Notes: generated from the sequence alone by a model not told the origin. DNA of 16,281 bases from Chlamydiae bacterium RIFCSPHIGHO2_12_FULL_49_11 (GCA_001794905.1 MGLW01000042.1:1-16281), one strand, 5' to 3'. Shown: positions 1 through 8,783, numbered from the stretch's first letter. Made by a program: numbers and translations.

Positions 1-87
1 GTCTTAAACAAAATGACAGGGTTGGGAATGCCCAAAAGAAAGAGAGTTCTTTGGTAAATTGAAACAAAATTTCCTCAGTTCGGTTAC

Positions 88-315
88 TCACAACGTATTC
101 GACGATTTACGCAACAATGCCGATTGTATTTCTTCTCTATTTTGCTGAAAACTGATGCGGCCTGTCAAGGTTTGAGCAAGGACTCCGGCTCTTGGTTCAA
201 CACCGGCTAAGGTTTGCAGGGCTTTTTGGATTTGTGGCAAGTGAGATTCGTCCACATCTCGTGCCGATGTGGCAAAACGCCACAAGATCTGTCCGGCAGT
301 CACGATAGGATTCAT
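88..315 (-). CDS. Small hypothetical protein, 75 aa (MNPIVTAG...KSSNTL)
   Basis: Lies within ORF 88..345. The ATG at 315 is preceded 7 nt upstream by SD-like AAAGGGGTG (331-323), the same 9-mer found before aroD. Divergent from the giant gene. No recognisable motif. Confidence 0.55.
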   Translation of the reverse strand: MNPIVTAGQILWRFATSARDVDESHLPQIQKALQTLAGVEPRAGVLAQTLTGRISFQQNREEIQSALLRKSSNTL

Positions 316-409
316 GTTTGGCCACCCCTTTCTTGGACTTGCCATACATTATGATGAGTTGTCAAGGATCAAAAAAAGAAGGACAACCTTTTGCGAACCT
401 GTTCTTTAT

Positions 410-438
410 TTATCAAAAAATCACCCAATTGTTATAAT
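410..438 (+). promoter_or_regulatory. Sigma70/sigma66-type promoter for the giant gene
   Basis: TTATCA (410-415), 17-nt spacer, TATAAT (433-438), with extended -10 TG at 430-431. Only 8 nt lie between the -10 and ATG 447. Confidence 0.7.
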
Positions 439-446
439 GTTTTGCC

Positions 447-3400
447 ATGATACCTCTTCCGCCTTCTTCCGAGAAACTTTTACAACAGGTTTGCGACCAG
501 AGTCTATCCGGGACGGCTACGGTAGAGACGTTGATCCAGTTTGCCAGACGTATGTTCATGTACTTGAAAGTCATAGGAAGCTACGTGCGACATACTGTCG
601 ACCCCACTTACCCCGCACGCGATGTCGATTTGCATGCCGAACCGAGATACGCAACCTCTTGCGAGGAGCTCGTCAATTTTGTGGAAAGGGAATTTGTGGT
701 TCCCCATAAGATCCAAAAATCGTTCTCTTGGATCCCCCGAGAGCTCCCCCTTATCGTGTACAAGTTTCCCCCCTCTCCTTCCAAAACAGGCCGCCCTTAC
801 GACACCGAACTCAAAATCAGCCCTCGCAGGAATGCGGTACTCACTGCGTGTGACCACCTCGTTATTGCCTTTCCCGAAGAGGGATCACCGTTGTACGCCA
901 CCCTCACCACGGAACTTTCTGTCACTCAATTGCAGCATCACATCCGTGAACGAGAAGATTGGCTGATCGCACCGGAAACCCTACAAAGTTTTCACTGGGA
1001 GCGCTTGGCAGGACGCCTCAATTTGGGGAACCGCTTCATTCATCCGGTCTCTATGGATGGACTTGAACATCTATGCCGGCTCGATCCCCCTTCTTTCGAT
1101 ACAATTATTAATCGCCGCACTTCTCATTCCAGTACATGGAAAATCCTTCTCTATTTCAACATGTTATTTCTCTTTGACACGCTGGAAATCATTAATTACT
1201 CCCTGGCGACAGAATTCCCGTTACAAAGTTTTTTGCGCGATGCAAAGAACGATCCGTTCCTACTCTGTTTAATACAATTTATGACCGATCCTTTCCCCGC
1301 AAGTTTAGAGGAAAGGTACTCGGCCCTTTCGATTTGTGTAGACTATCTGATGCAAAGGGTCATGAAAATTTCTCCCCGGCCGAATTTCGGATCTCCTTCC
1401 CTTTCCATTCAAGTGCCGCATCACGGCTTTCTCCATTTCAAAAGCGGCCCTTTTCCCGAATCGGCACAGGGCGATGTAAAGGCTATTCCCACCACCACAT
1501 TGAACCGTCTCTTTCGCGCGCTCGTGGAAATAGTCGGCATTTCGAACTATGTTCCGTTAGGTGTCCCTTCCACCTTTCTAGACGGCCGGATGATGCCCCT
1601 CTTTTTGCATCGGATCAACTTTTCTTCTTTGGATAGAACCATCTTCTTCCGCCTTCTCCGCTCGGCTCTCGAGAATGCTGACACAGACGCCGATCTTGCA
1701 CTCGTGCCGAACAACCCCCACTGGAGCCCGGATTTATTACTGCCTGCTCTCTACTTTTTTATACAGCGTGGCCCGACGTTTACCGAAACGATCGCCTCTC
1801 TTCTTTCTCGTCTTTTGAATGGAGATGCAAAAGTTCGACTCAATGACAAAATGGTTCTTATTTCCGTTATTCTAAAGCAATATAACCACATTCCCTCATA
1901 TAGAAAACCCATACTCGATTTTCTCCAAAAAATGCCCCCGAACGACCGGAACCGATACATATCGAGGCTCTCTGCGGAATTGTTGCACATTCTCTATCGG
2001 ATGGCCAAAGAACTCTCCCACCCGATGAAAAATAAACTGGAAGAGACCTTGATGCAATTTTCCAAATCTTCACTACAAGATTTTCCCCTTCCCATTGCCC
2101 TTTCCATCAAAATGCGCCAAAACAGCCAAGAGTGTCTCAGCTTACTCAAAGCAAGGACGAAAAATCCCGAAGATTTTCTTTCTCTCTTAGAGCACCCGTC
2201 GTCCCGCTTTCAAATCCTCTCCCTTCTCGACGAATTATTTCAAAAAGACATGGCACTACAAGAATGGCTTTTAGATACTTTCCGCCGGGCGCACGAAAAA
2301 CTTTTTCTATTGGGCAAACTTCTCTATCGATACTATTTTTTTCCGCAAACTCGTTTAAGCACTCCATTTCGTGATGTTGTCCCCCTGTCCCCCGCTTTTT
2401 TCGGAAAGTCTCTAATTGATTTTTTCAGAGAGAGCAACGTGGAAACGCAATCTGAAATTCTGACGATCACCTTGCAAGCATGCACCGACAAGACATTCTG
2501 TGAAGAGTTGTGTGCCTGCTTTCAATCAAAGGCGCCATACAAATACTTGCAATTTTTACAATCATTGTTTCAAGATCGGCTCCCTATCACCGAGGCGGGT
2601 AAACATTGCATCGAGAAGCAGCTGGAGACACTACCCGAGCTTTTCATCTCCTCTCTGCCAGAACATGACTTTGCCGCATTGTATCTCGCTTACTTCCTTC
2701 AATCAAATGCACTCGAACACTTTACAGAAATTTTTGCCCGCGATTCGGAGTTCCGTATATTGCACTCGCCCTCATGGGTTATTCTGTTCAACTCCCTCTT
2801 CCAAAAGTCATCGGAAGAGTTTCGAGCCGTTCTAAAAGAATACTCGGGCCACAGCTTTGAAATTGTGGCCGCCTCGCTTCCTTTACCCCAAATCATAAGC
2901 TACCTCACCGCGCATGAAGAGCCACATTCTCACCGAATCGCCATATATGTCCTCAAACAGCGGAAACCTTCCGAACAGCTGCAACTTGTCCTCAGCCTCC
3001 ATGAAACAAACCCCTCTCTTGCCTTGAATATTTTGTGCGAGATGAGACGCACATCCCCCAAAACCTTTATCATGGTTGTGGAAGGGTGCTGGAAAAAGCT
3101 TTCTTCCTTAGAACCCGATTTCCGGGAAACTGTGTGCCTCTTTCCCCTTACCGAAGAAGAGAAGAGAGTTTCTCCGTTCCTTGCTGCACGGGAATTTGAA
3201 TACTTCAGACAAGACCTTTCCCATTTTCGAGAACTCTTTCACGAAGAGATCCCTACCCTGTTCGAGAAAAGATTCGAAGAGGTGCTCAAAGGGGACATGG
3301 CCTCCTTAAAAATAGGTCGGCTAGAGCTTGAATTATTGTCATTCTATTTTGAAATGCCGGAAATGCATACAAAGTTATTTCGCAATATCGTCAAAACACT

Positions 3401-6400
3401 CTTGAAGCATATCTCGGATGATCCCGTTTTACACAAGCTGCGTCCGTACCTGTCCGCATTTGCCGCATCGATGCAGCCGGAAGACATCATAGCGTTCGGA
3501 GCCGTCATGATAAAATTACACATTCCGTTCCAAACATTAGCCCTCCAACTAAAATTGCTGTATCCGAAACTTCATACCGCGGAAGGAACGGAATTCGTAG
3601 TGCAACTTCATAAAAATGCAGATGCGATGCTTTCACTCGATGAGAGTGAGAAGGCTTTAACCATCTTTCTTTTTGTCCTCTTTGCGAATGAACCGTTTGC
3701 TTCGGAAAAAGCGATGTCCCATTACATTTCCCAGTTACACGGCAAGTCGTCAAGACAAACATTCGACACATTTACAGAAGCCCTCCGATTGCTCCTCGCA
3801 GAATATGCCCTTCTCTTCTGGGAAGCGCCGCCGATCGAAGAGCACAATATTCCCATCGCAAGCTTTAAAATCAATCTGATTACACTCATCAAATTGATGC
3901 AACCCAAAGACTTGGCATCGCGCTTTTATTTTGAGCTCTTTCAGAGAACGGTTTATATGTGCGACGGATATAAGACGCCGATACATGACTACAAACCGTT
4001 TGTCCAAGAATTTATCCGTGTCGTCATCGACATAGAAGCCATTCATCGACACTGTGCGGGACTTCTCTCTATATCCGAATCGCACTTCGAAATCCTGATC
4101 CGCCCGGCAATGGAATTTTATATGAAGATATTGCAACGCATTCCTAAAGAAGAACCGGACCCGATCGACCGTTTTTTCGAAGGGCACCCTGACTGGATCG
4201 AATACCCTCATTCCAAACTCATTTCTTTGCTCGACACCGAAATGAAAGAAACAAGCGTGGCCGATTTCATGAACACATGCAGAAAGATGCAACTCCCCTC
4301 CGTCGATGTCCTCGAACCGGAATTGGCAAAATTCTACCTCTCTTTTTGTCTCGGCTTCCCCTCCGGAAATTTGCGCGCATGGCATGAATATGCGCTCTGT
4401 TTAGCTTATGTGCCCGAAGCGGGATCTTGGCGCCCCATGGACGCCCTTCAGCTTGCCATCGTCTCGACAAACTTCGCCCACCTTCGCACGCTGAGTGATC
4501 GGGGGCGTGAACTTTTATTGGATCGGCTAACAACAGGGATAAAAGACCCGGAAGGTAAAATGGGAATCAGTCAAATCATTTCACGCTTTTCCGGTTCCCT
4601 AACCGTCAAAGATCGCGCCGATTTTGCCCAAGCTCTCATCGACTGCAATATTCCCCTGCTCCCCGACACCATGACCGCAAAATCCCTAATCCAATTTTTG
4701 TCTCCCGAAGGAGAAATTTTAGCCGATCTCCTCTATATCCAGCATATGCATTTCCAAACCCGTTATGACCAGCCCGAGCTCCGTGCGCTGAGTTCTATAA
4801 TCATCGCCTGTTTTAGTAAAGCAGTAACGTTCTGTTCCGATACCGAATTGGAAAAAATGCTTTCTTTGAACGATGACGAGTGGCAACAATCTATACCCAT
4901 CGTCCTTTCGCACCTTAATACATTTATTGAATGTCTATGCCAAAAAATGTCGGTGGCAACAAATCCGGAATCTTTCCACTACCATACTTTTTCCAGAGTA
5001 CGCGAAAAACTTGTTGAGTTTGCCCACACCATTTGGGCTACACAGAAGAAGCCCGGCCTCCTGACGCCGAAAGACAATTTTTTTGTAATTGCTTTAAATG
5101 CAATTTTAAAAGGCACCACGCTAGCTCACCCGATCCGTCTCGACATCTATAAAACCGTCGTCAATAATTTCCACATATTCATCAAAGAATTTCGCTTTTC
5201 GTATAAACAATACATGGATCTCGGCCCGTTAAAGGCACAATCCGAAAACGAAACCGCTTTTTTCCACTATTTTGCCCTGGTAGCGAGTGGCTTTTGTCAA
5301 ACCATGGATTACTGCCTCGAAAACCTGCCCGGGGAGAATATCGATTTTTTCCATCAAAGGCTAAAAACGGCTGTGCAAGAAGGCAGTACCAGATCCGTAA
5401 TACAGACGATGAACACGTATGACGATGATGAAACGGCCTCCGCCCTCATCCGAAAGTATGCCGAAGAGCGCCATGTAAACCTTTTGCCGCCTACTATTTC
5501 CGATCCTCACGAAACCCTTCTCATCGCGCGCCATAACGAAAAGTATGCCGCCGGCCTTGCCACGTTCGAACTAGGGCCTCTCGAAAAACAACTCATGGAA
5601 ATCAACATCCCCTACTTTAGCTTCCTCACACTGGAAGCAAAACAAATTCTCCTCGCCTGGTCAAACGCCGCTCTCATGCCCCAGCACGGATACTCCTTCG
5701 TAATTTCGGCATGGGCCGCACACTCCTCTAAATTGCCCCTGGAAGACCTCACTCTTTGCTTACATGTATTGGTCGTATGCGGCATCAATTGTATGACTTC
5801 GGCAGAGATACCGTTTCATAACAAACTAGTACCGTGGGATAGTCCCCGCAGGATCGCTTTTTCGCGATTCCTCCCTAAATACCAACCTATCATCTTCCGG
5901 TTTTGTGCCTCTCCCGAAGAGCGCGCGTTACTTATTCTGCTCATCACCGTGACCTCCCCCCAAATTGTTATGCCCAATATCGATCAGTTAAGTCAATACC
6001 TGGCCCACTTTACAACGCTCGATCCAACGTTTTCCTTCGAGGGGTTGTCGGGTGCATTGCTTCAGAATCTCGATACTTTTTTCGACTCTTTCTGTAATCA
6101 TATTCCTCTTCCGGACAGTGAAAGCTTCCCTTATTACCTCAACGTCCAACATAAAATCAAGATTTGGATCGAATATTTTCTTAAAACGCCCCGGCTGCTC
6201 CAACCTCATAAACAATACCGTTTTTCTCTCGTTGCTATGCAACACTGTATGCATGCAATAGAGTTCGCAGCAAACCGATCTTCTACTTTTCAACAAGTCT
6301 ATGCCGCATGCCACCCCGTTCTTAAAGAATTGATCCGTGATTGCTTACAATCACATCTAACGGTAGAGGCGCAGCAAAATCTTGCCAAACCGTTTGGAAG

Positions 6401-6557
6401 AGCTGCCATGCGTACTTTCACATTTTTCAGAAAGGTGTTCGATTATTTGCGCGCCAAAGATCCCTCTATCGTGCCGACCGATCTCGACAGCCGGCTTCCC
6501 GACTACATACAAAACCCCGACCCCTCCGATTTCAGCATATTTACAAGAAAAAATTAA
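447..6557 (+). CDS. Giant 2036-aa protein: N-terminal FAM46/TENT5-like nucleotidyltransferase domain plus a long alpha-helical region with three ~377-aa degenerate repeats; putative secreted effector
   Basis: Uninterrupted 6.1-kb ORF with a promoter directly upstream. Motifs KVIGSYVRH (G44,S45), RDVDL (D59,D61), DTELKISPRR (E121) and HIRERE...PE...LNLGNR. The rest is Leu/Phe-rich and amphipathic. CDS is near certain; the function is inferred. Confidence 0.75.
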   Translation: MIPLPPSSEKLLQQVCDQSLSGTATVETLIQFARRMFMYLKVIGSYVRHTVDPTYPARDVDLHAEPRYATSCEELVNFVEREFVVPHKIQKSFSWIPRELPLIVYKFPPSPSKTGRPYDTELKISPRRNAVLTACDHLVIAFPEEGSPLYATLTTELSVTQLQHHIREREDWLIAPETLQSFHWERLAGRLNLGNRFIHPVSMDGLEHLCRLDPPSFDTIINRRTSHSSTWKILLYFNMLFLFDTLEIINYSLATEFPLQSFLRDAKNDPFLLCLIQFMTDPFPASLEERYSALSICVDYLMQRVMKISPRPNFGSPSLSIQVPHHGFLHFKSGPFPESAQGDVKAIPTTTLNRLFRALVEIVGISNYVPLGVPSTFLDGRMMPLFLHRINFSSLDRTIFFRLLRSALENADTDADLALVPNNPHWSPDLLLPALYFFIQRGPTFTETIASLLSRLLNGDAKVRLNDKMVLISVILKQYNHIPSYRKPILDFLQKMPPNDRNRYISRLSAELLHILYRMAKELSHPMKNKLEETLMQFSKSSLQDFPLPIALSIKMRQNSQECLSLLKARTKNPEDFLSLLEHPSSRFQILSLLDELFQKDMALQEWLLDTFRRAHEKLFLLGKLLYRYYFFPQTRLSTPFRDVVPLSPAFFGKSLIDFFRESNVETQSEILTITLQACTDKTFCEELCACFQSKAPYKYLQFLQSLFQDRLPITEAGKHCIEKQLETLPELFISSLPEHDFAALYLAYFLQSNALEHFTEIFARDSEFRILHSPSWVILFNSLFQKSSEEFRAVLKEYSGHSFEIVAASLPLPQIISYLTAHEEPHSHRIAIYVLKQRKPSEQLQLVLSLHETNPSLALNILCEMRRTSPKTFIMVVEGCWKKLSSLEPDFRETVCLFPLTEEEKRVSPFLAAREFEYFRQDLSHFRELFHEEIPTLFEKRFEEVLKGDMASLKIGRLELELLSFYFEMPEMHTKLFRNIVKTLLKHISDDPVLHKLRPYLSAFAASMQPEDIIAFGAVMIKLHIPFQTLALQLKLLYPKLHTAEGTEFVVQLHKNADAMLSLDESEKALTIFLFVLFANEPFASEKAMSHYISQLHGKSSRQTFDTFTEALRLLLAEYALLFWEAPPIEEHNIPIASFKINLITLIKLMQPKDLASRFYFELFQRTVYMCDGYKTPIHDYKPFVQEFIRVVIDIEAIHRHCAGLLSISESHFEILIRPAMEFYMKILQRIPKEEPDPIDRFFEGHPDWIEYPHSKLISLLDTEMKETSVADFMNTCRKMQLPSVDVLEPELAKFYLSFCLGFPSGNLRAWHEYALCLAYVPEAGSWRPMDALQLAIVSTNFAHLRTLSDRGRELLLDRLTTGIKDPEGKMGISQIISRFSGSLTVKDRADFAQALIDCNIPLLPDTMTAKSLIQFLSPEGEILADLLYIQHMHFQTRYDQPELRALSSIIIACFSKAVTFCSDTELEKMLSLNDDEWQQSIPIVLSHLNTFIECLCQKMSVATNPESFHYHTFSRVREKLVEFAHTIWATQKKPGLLTPKDNFFVIALNAILKGTTLAHPIRLDIYKTVVNNFHIFIKEFRFSYKQYMDLGPLKAQSENETAFFHYFALVASGFCQTMDYCLENLPGENIDFFHQRLKTAVQEGSTRSVIQTMNTYDDDETASALIRKYAEERHVNLLPPTISDPHETLLIARHNEKYAAGLATFELGPLEKQLMEINIPYFSFLTLEAKQILLAWSNAALMPQHGYSFVISAWAAHSSKLPLEDLTLCLHVLVVCGINCMTSAEIPFHNKLVPWDSPRRIAFSRFLPKYQPIIFRFCASPEERALLILLITVTSPQIVMPNIDQLSQYLAHFTTLDPTFSFEGLSGALLQNLDTFFDSFCNHIPLPDSESFPYYLNVQHKIKIWIEYFLKTPRLLQPHKQYRFSLVAMQHCMHAIEFAANRSSTFQQVYAACHPVLKELIRDCLQSHLTVEAQQNLAKPFGRAAMRTFTFFRKVFDYLRAKDPSIVPTDLDSRLPDYIQNPDPSDFSIFTRKN
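3330..6480 (+). repeat. Three degenerate protein-level tandem repeats (period ~376-380 aa) inside the giant CDS; boundaries approximate
   Basis: Anchors recur at constant spacing. SAFAASMQPEDIIAFGAVMIKLHIP (aa1003), SRFSGSLTVKDRADFAQALIDCNIP (aa1379) and AAHSSKLPLEDLTLCLHVLVVCGI (aa1757). SEKALTIF, ELRALSSI and EERALLIL (Ala at aa1070, 1447, 1827). Confidence 0.7.
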
Positions 6558-6596
6558 TTGATGTTTTGCGGAATTCAGTTCCAAATAGATAATTAA

Positions 6597-7772
6597 TTAT
6601 GCAAGGAGGCTATTGAAAAAATCGGGAAACGTCTTCTGCACGGCAGCGTAGCCCATCAGCGTGGATGCCGAATTTGCCTTTGTTGCAAGGATGCCGAGAG
6701 CCATTGCAATCCTGTGATCGTTATGGGAACACAAAATAGCGCCTTTTGGCATGCCGGGCAGTATGGTGAGTGTATCGAAAGTCGCCTGCACCTGCACCCC
6801 CATTTTTCCCAACTCCTCTCTCAAAGCTTCTACCCGGTTCGATTCTTTCTCGCGCGCAATGGCAACACCGCTGAAAGTGGATGGCCTGTCTCCGAAAACG
6901 GCAAGCACCGCAAGGGCCGGAAGGGAATCGATCGTGTGGTTGATGTCGATTTCAATCCCTTTGATTCCTCCCGGAAGGACGCGAAGGGCTTCTCCTTCCC
7001 ATTCCAATCCCGCACCCATCTCTTGAAGGATCGTAAATGCTTTCCAATCGGGATGGAATATCGCCTCTTTCATATGGGAAATCGTAATGGGTTTTCCGTG
7101 TATCATCGAAAGAACGGCAAAAAAAAAGGCCAGTGAAGGGTCGGAGGGCATCGTGAAGGTAAAGGGTGCGACCGATTGCCCTCCAAACACAAGGTATTGC
7201 TCGTACGATCTCTTTTCTATTCTGATTCCTAGACGGGCAAGCCACGCAAGGCTGAAATCGATCCAGGAAAGCTCTCCGGGCGAGATCACGTCGACAACGC
7301 TATCACCCTCCCGCAAAAATAAGGTAGATAACAGACAAGAAACAAGTTGGGAATCGCGCCCTTCTATAACAAACCGGCCGCTGCCGAGAGCCGAGAGAAG
7401 CGGTGCAATCGGCCGTTTTGCAAGCGAAGGTCCGCCGGTAATCTTGACAAAATGCGGCGCCCCGGCTGCAAGAGCCGTCACATACCGGTACAAAATCCCC
7501 GATTCTCCCACATCGACGGTATCCGGAAACCGGGTGTGCGCAGTGATGCGCCATGATCCATTGTCCCGTATTACCTGCCCGCCGAAAGCACGAATGACAC
7601 TGCAAGCTGCCGCGGTGTCACCAGTCTCTTCCATGCGATGCACGAGTGACTCGCCGGTAGCAATCATCCCGAAAAAGAGAGCGCGGACCATATCCGATTT
7701 TGAGCTCGGTACCTTTACCCGTGCAGGAATTTTCTCACACGGAAGAATATGTATATATTCGGTTCCATTCAT
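6597..7772 (-). CDS. aroA: 3-phosphoshikimate 1-carboxyvinyltransferase (EPSP synthase), 391 aa, internally shortened
   Basis: Motifs PSSKSDMVRAL, GESGILYR, KRPIAPL, DSQ, REKESNR, NDHRIAMA and KTFPDFF. Start moved to ATG 7772 (MNGTEY), where homology begins. Overlaps the aroB 3' end by 38 nt. Confidence 0.93.
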   Translation of the reverse strand: MNGTEYIHILPCEKIPARVKVPSSKSDMVRALFFGMIATGESLVHRMEETGDTAAACSVIRAFGGQVIRDNGSWRITAHTRFPDTVDVGESGILYRYVTALAAGAPHFVKITGGPSLAKRPIAPLLSALGSGRFVIEGRDSQLVSCLLSTLFLREGDSVVDVISPGELSWIDFSLAWLARLGIRIEKRSYEQYLVFGGQSVAPFTFTMPSDPSLAFFFAVLSMIHGKPITISHMKEAIFHPDWKAFTILQEMGAGLEWEGEALRVLPGGIKGIEIDINHTIDSLPALAVLAVFGDRPSTFSGVAIAREKESNRVEALREELGKMGVQVQATFDTLTILPGMPKGAILCSHNDHRIAMALGILATKANSASTLMGYAAVQKTFPDFFNSLLA

Positions 7773-8709
7773 AGTATGCCTTTTCAAATGCGGGAAAAGA
7801 AAGGGTAAAAGAGCGCGAGGGAGAAACAAAGTCGACATCGCTCCCCGTCCGTTTTTTATCGTGCTGCATCGGCTTCCATAGCTCTCGCGCCGTAAAGGGG
7901 AGGGGAAATGAAATCCCTCCCCAGCGGAAAAGTTCATGCACGAGCTGTTCGTCCTTCCCGGGAAAAAGATCGAACAGCATCCCATACGCGATACAGTCTC
8001 CATGGGTGAGCGAGTATCCGCTCACCTCCTCCAAAGCGTGTCCGAGAGTGTGCCCGAAATTGAGCCGACCCCTTTCTCCCCGATCGAACGGGTCTTTCCG
8101 GCACGCCTCTTCTTTCAACGTGCGTGCCGTCCGAATCACATACTCCAAATCGGGGGTAAAGCCCGGGCGCCACTTTGTGAGAATCCCGTACAGAGCGGGA
8201 GAATATAGGAGGGCAATTTTGTAGATTTCCATGAGGCCGCTTCTAAATTCCGCATCAGGCAGGGTCTTCAAAAAATCGAGATCGATGATTGTCCGCTCAG
8301 GAAGATGGAACGTACCGAGCGTATTTTTTCCCCACCGGGTATTGATTCCCGTTTTGCCGCCGATGGACGCGTCGACGATCGCAAGAAGCGTCGTTGGAAC
8401 GGCGTGGAGAGTTATGCCCCGTTTGTAAATCGACGCCGCAAACCCCGTAACATCAAGCACGACTCCCCCTCCGACCGCGACCACAAGATCCGAGCGTAAG
8501 AGGCCGCACGTGAACAAAAATGTTTCGATTGCCTCCGCCCCTTTTTTCGATTTATTTTCTTCGCTTGCAATAAAAGGCAGCCGCTCTACCCCTTCGGGAA
8601 TCTCCGGTACAAGCTTTCCGTCGTATACAACGGCACATTGATGCGAATTGGCAATTTCATCCATATACTCTTTGAAAGAAGTATATTTAGAACCATTCAT
8701 ACCGTTCAT
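7735..8709 (-). CDS. aroB: 3-dehydroquinate synthase, ~321-324 aa (start at ATG 8709 or 8700)
   Basis: Motifs GGGVVLDVTGFAAS, PTTLLAIVDASIGGKTGIN, KNTLGTF, SGLMEIYK, LNFGHTLGHALE, HGDCIAYGM and DKK. The Glu/His/His metal ligands are present. Confidence 0.95.
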   Translation of the reverse strand: MNGMNGSKYTSFKEYMDEIANSHQCAVVYDGKLVPEIPEGVERLPFIASEENKSKKGAEAIETFLFTCGLLRSDLVVAVGGGVVLDVTGFAASIYKRGITLHAVPTTLLAIVDASIGGKTGINTRWGKNTLGTFHLPERTIIDLDFLKTLPDAEFRSGLMEIYKIALLYSPALYGILTKWRPGFTPDLEYVIRTARTLKEEACRKDPFDRGERGRLNFGHTLGHALEEVSGYSLTHGDCIAYGMLFDLFPGKDEQLVHELFRWGGISFPLPFTARELWKPMQHDKKRTGSDVDFVSPSRSFTLSFPAFEKAYYEWNRIYTYSSV

Positions 8710-8747
8710 TGTTAACTATATATTTGTATTTTTACAACATTTTTTTG

Positions 8748-8776
8748 TTGGCTTTTACCGGGATAAATGGGACAAT
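8748..8776 (+). promoter_or_regulatory. Putative promoter for the 8784 gene
   Basis: TTGGCT (8748-8753), 17-nt spacer, GACAAT (8771-8776), with TG at 8768-8769. Lies 7 nt before ATG 8784. Confidence 0.4.
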
Positions 8777-8783
8777 TTCTTTT

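Noticed and set aside
6558-6596. Possible bidirectional terminator between the giant gene and aroA (GGAA-TTCAG-TTCC)
   Set aside because: The stem is only ~4 bp (7 with a bulge) and has no clear U-tract, so it is too weak to call.
7755-7772. aroA start (MNGTEY) resembles the aroB start (MNGSKY, 8683-8700)
   Set aside because: Only 13 of 18 nt match, including the ATG, and the aroA copy is constrained by the aroB overlap. Consistent with chance.
7087-7881. 264-aa plus-strand ORF and other long shadow ORFs (269..709, 3750..4385, 10308..10778, 11965..12381)
   Set aside because: They are antisense or alternate-frame to well-supported genes and have no recognisable motifs.
7773-8003. 77-aa N-terminal extension of AroA in the ORF track
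   Set aside because: Lies wholly inside aroB in another frame and shows no AroA similarity. Homology starts at ATG 7772.
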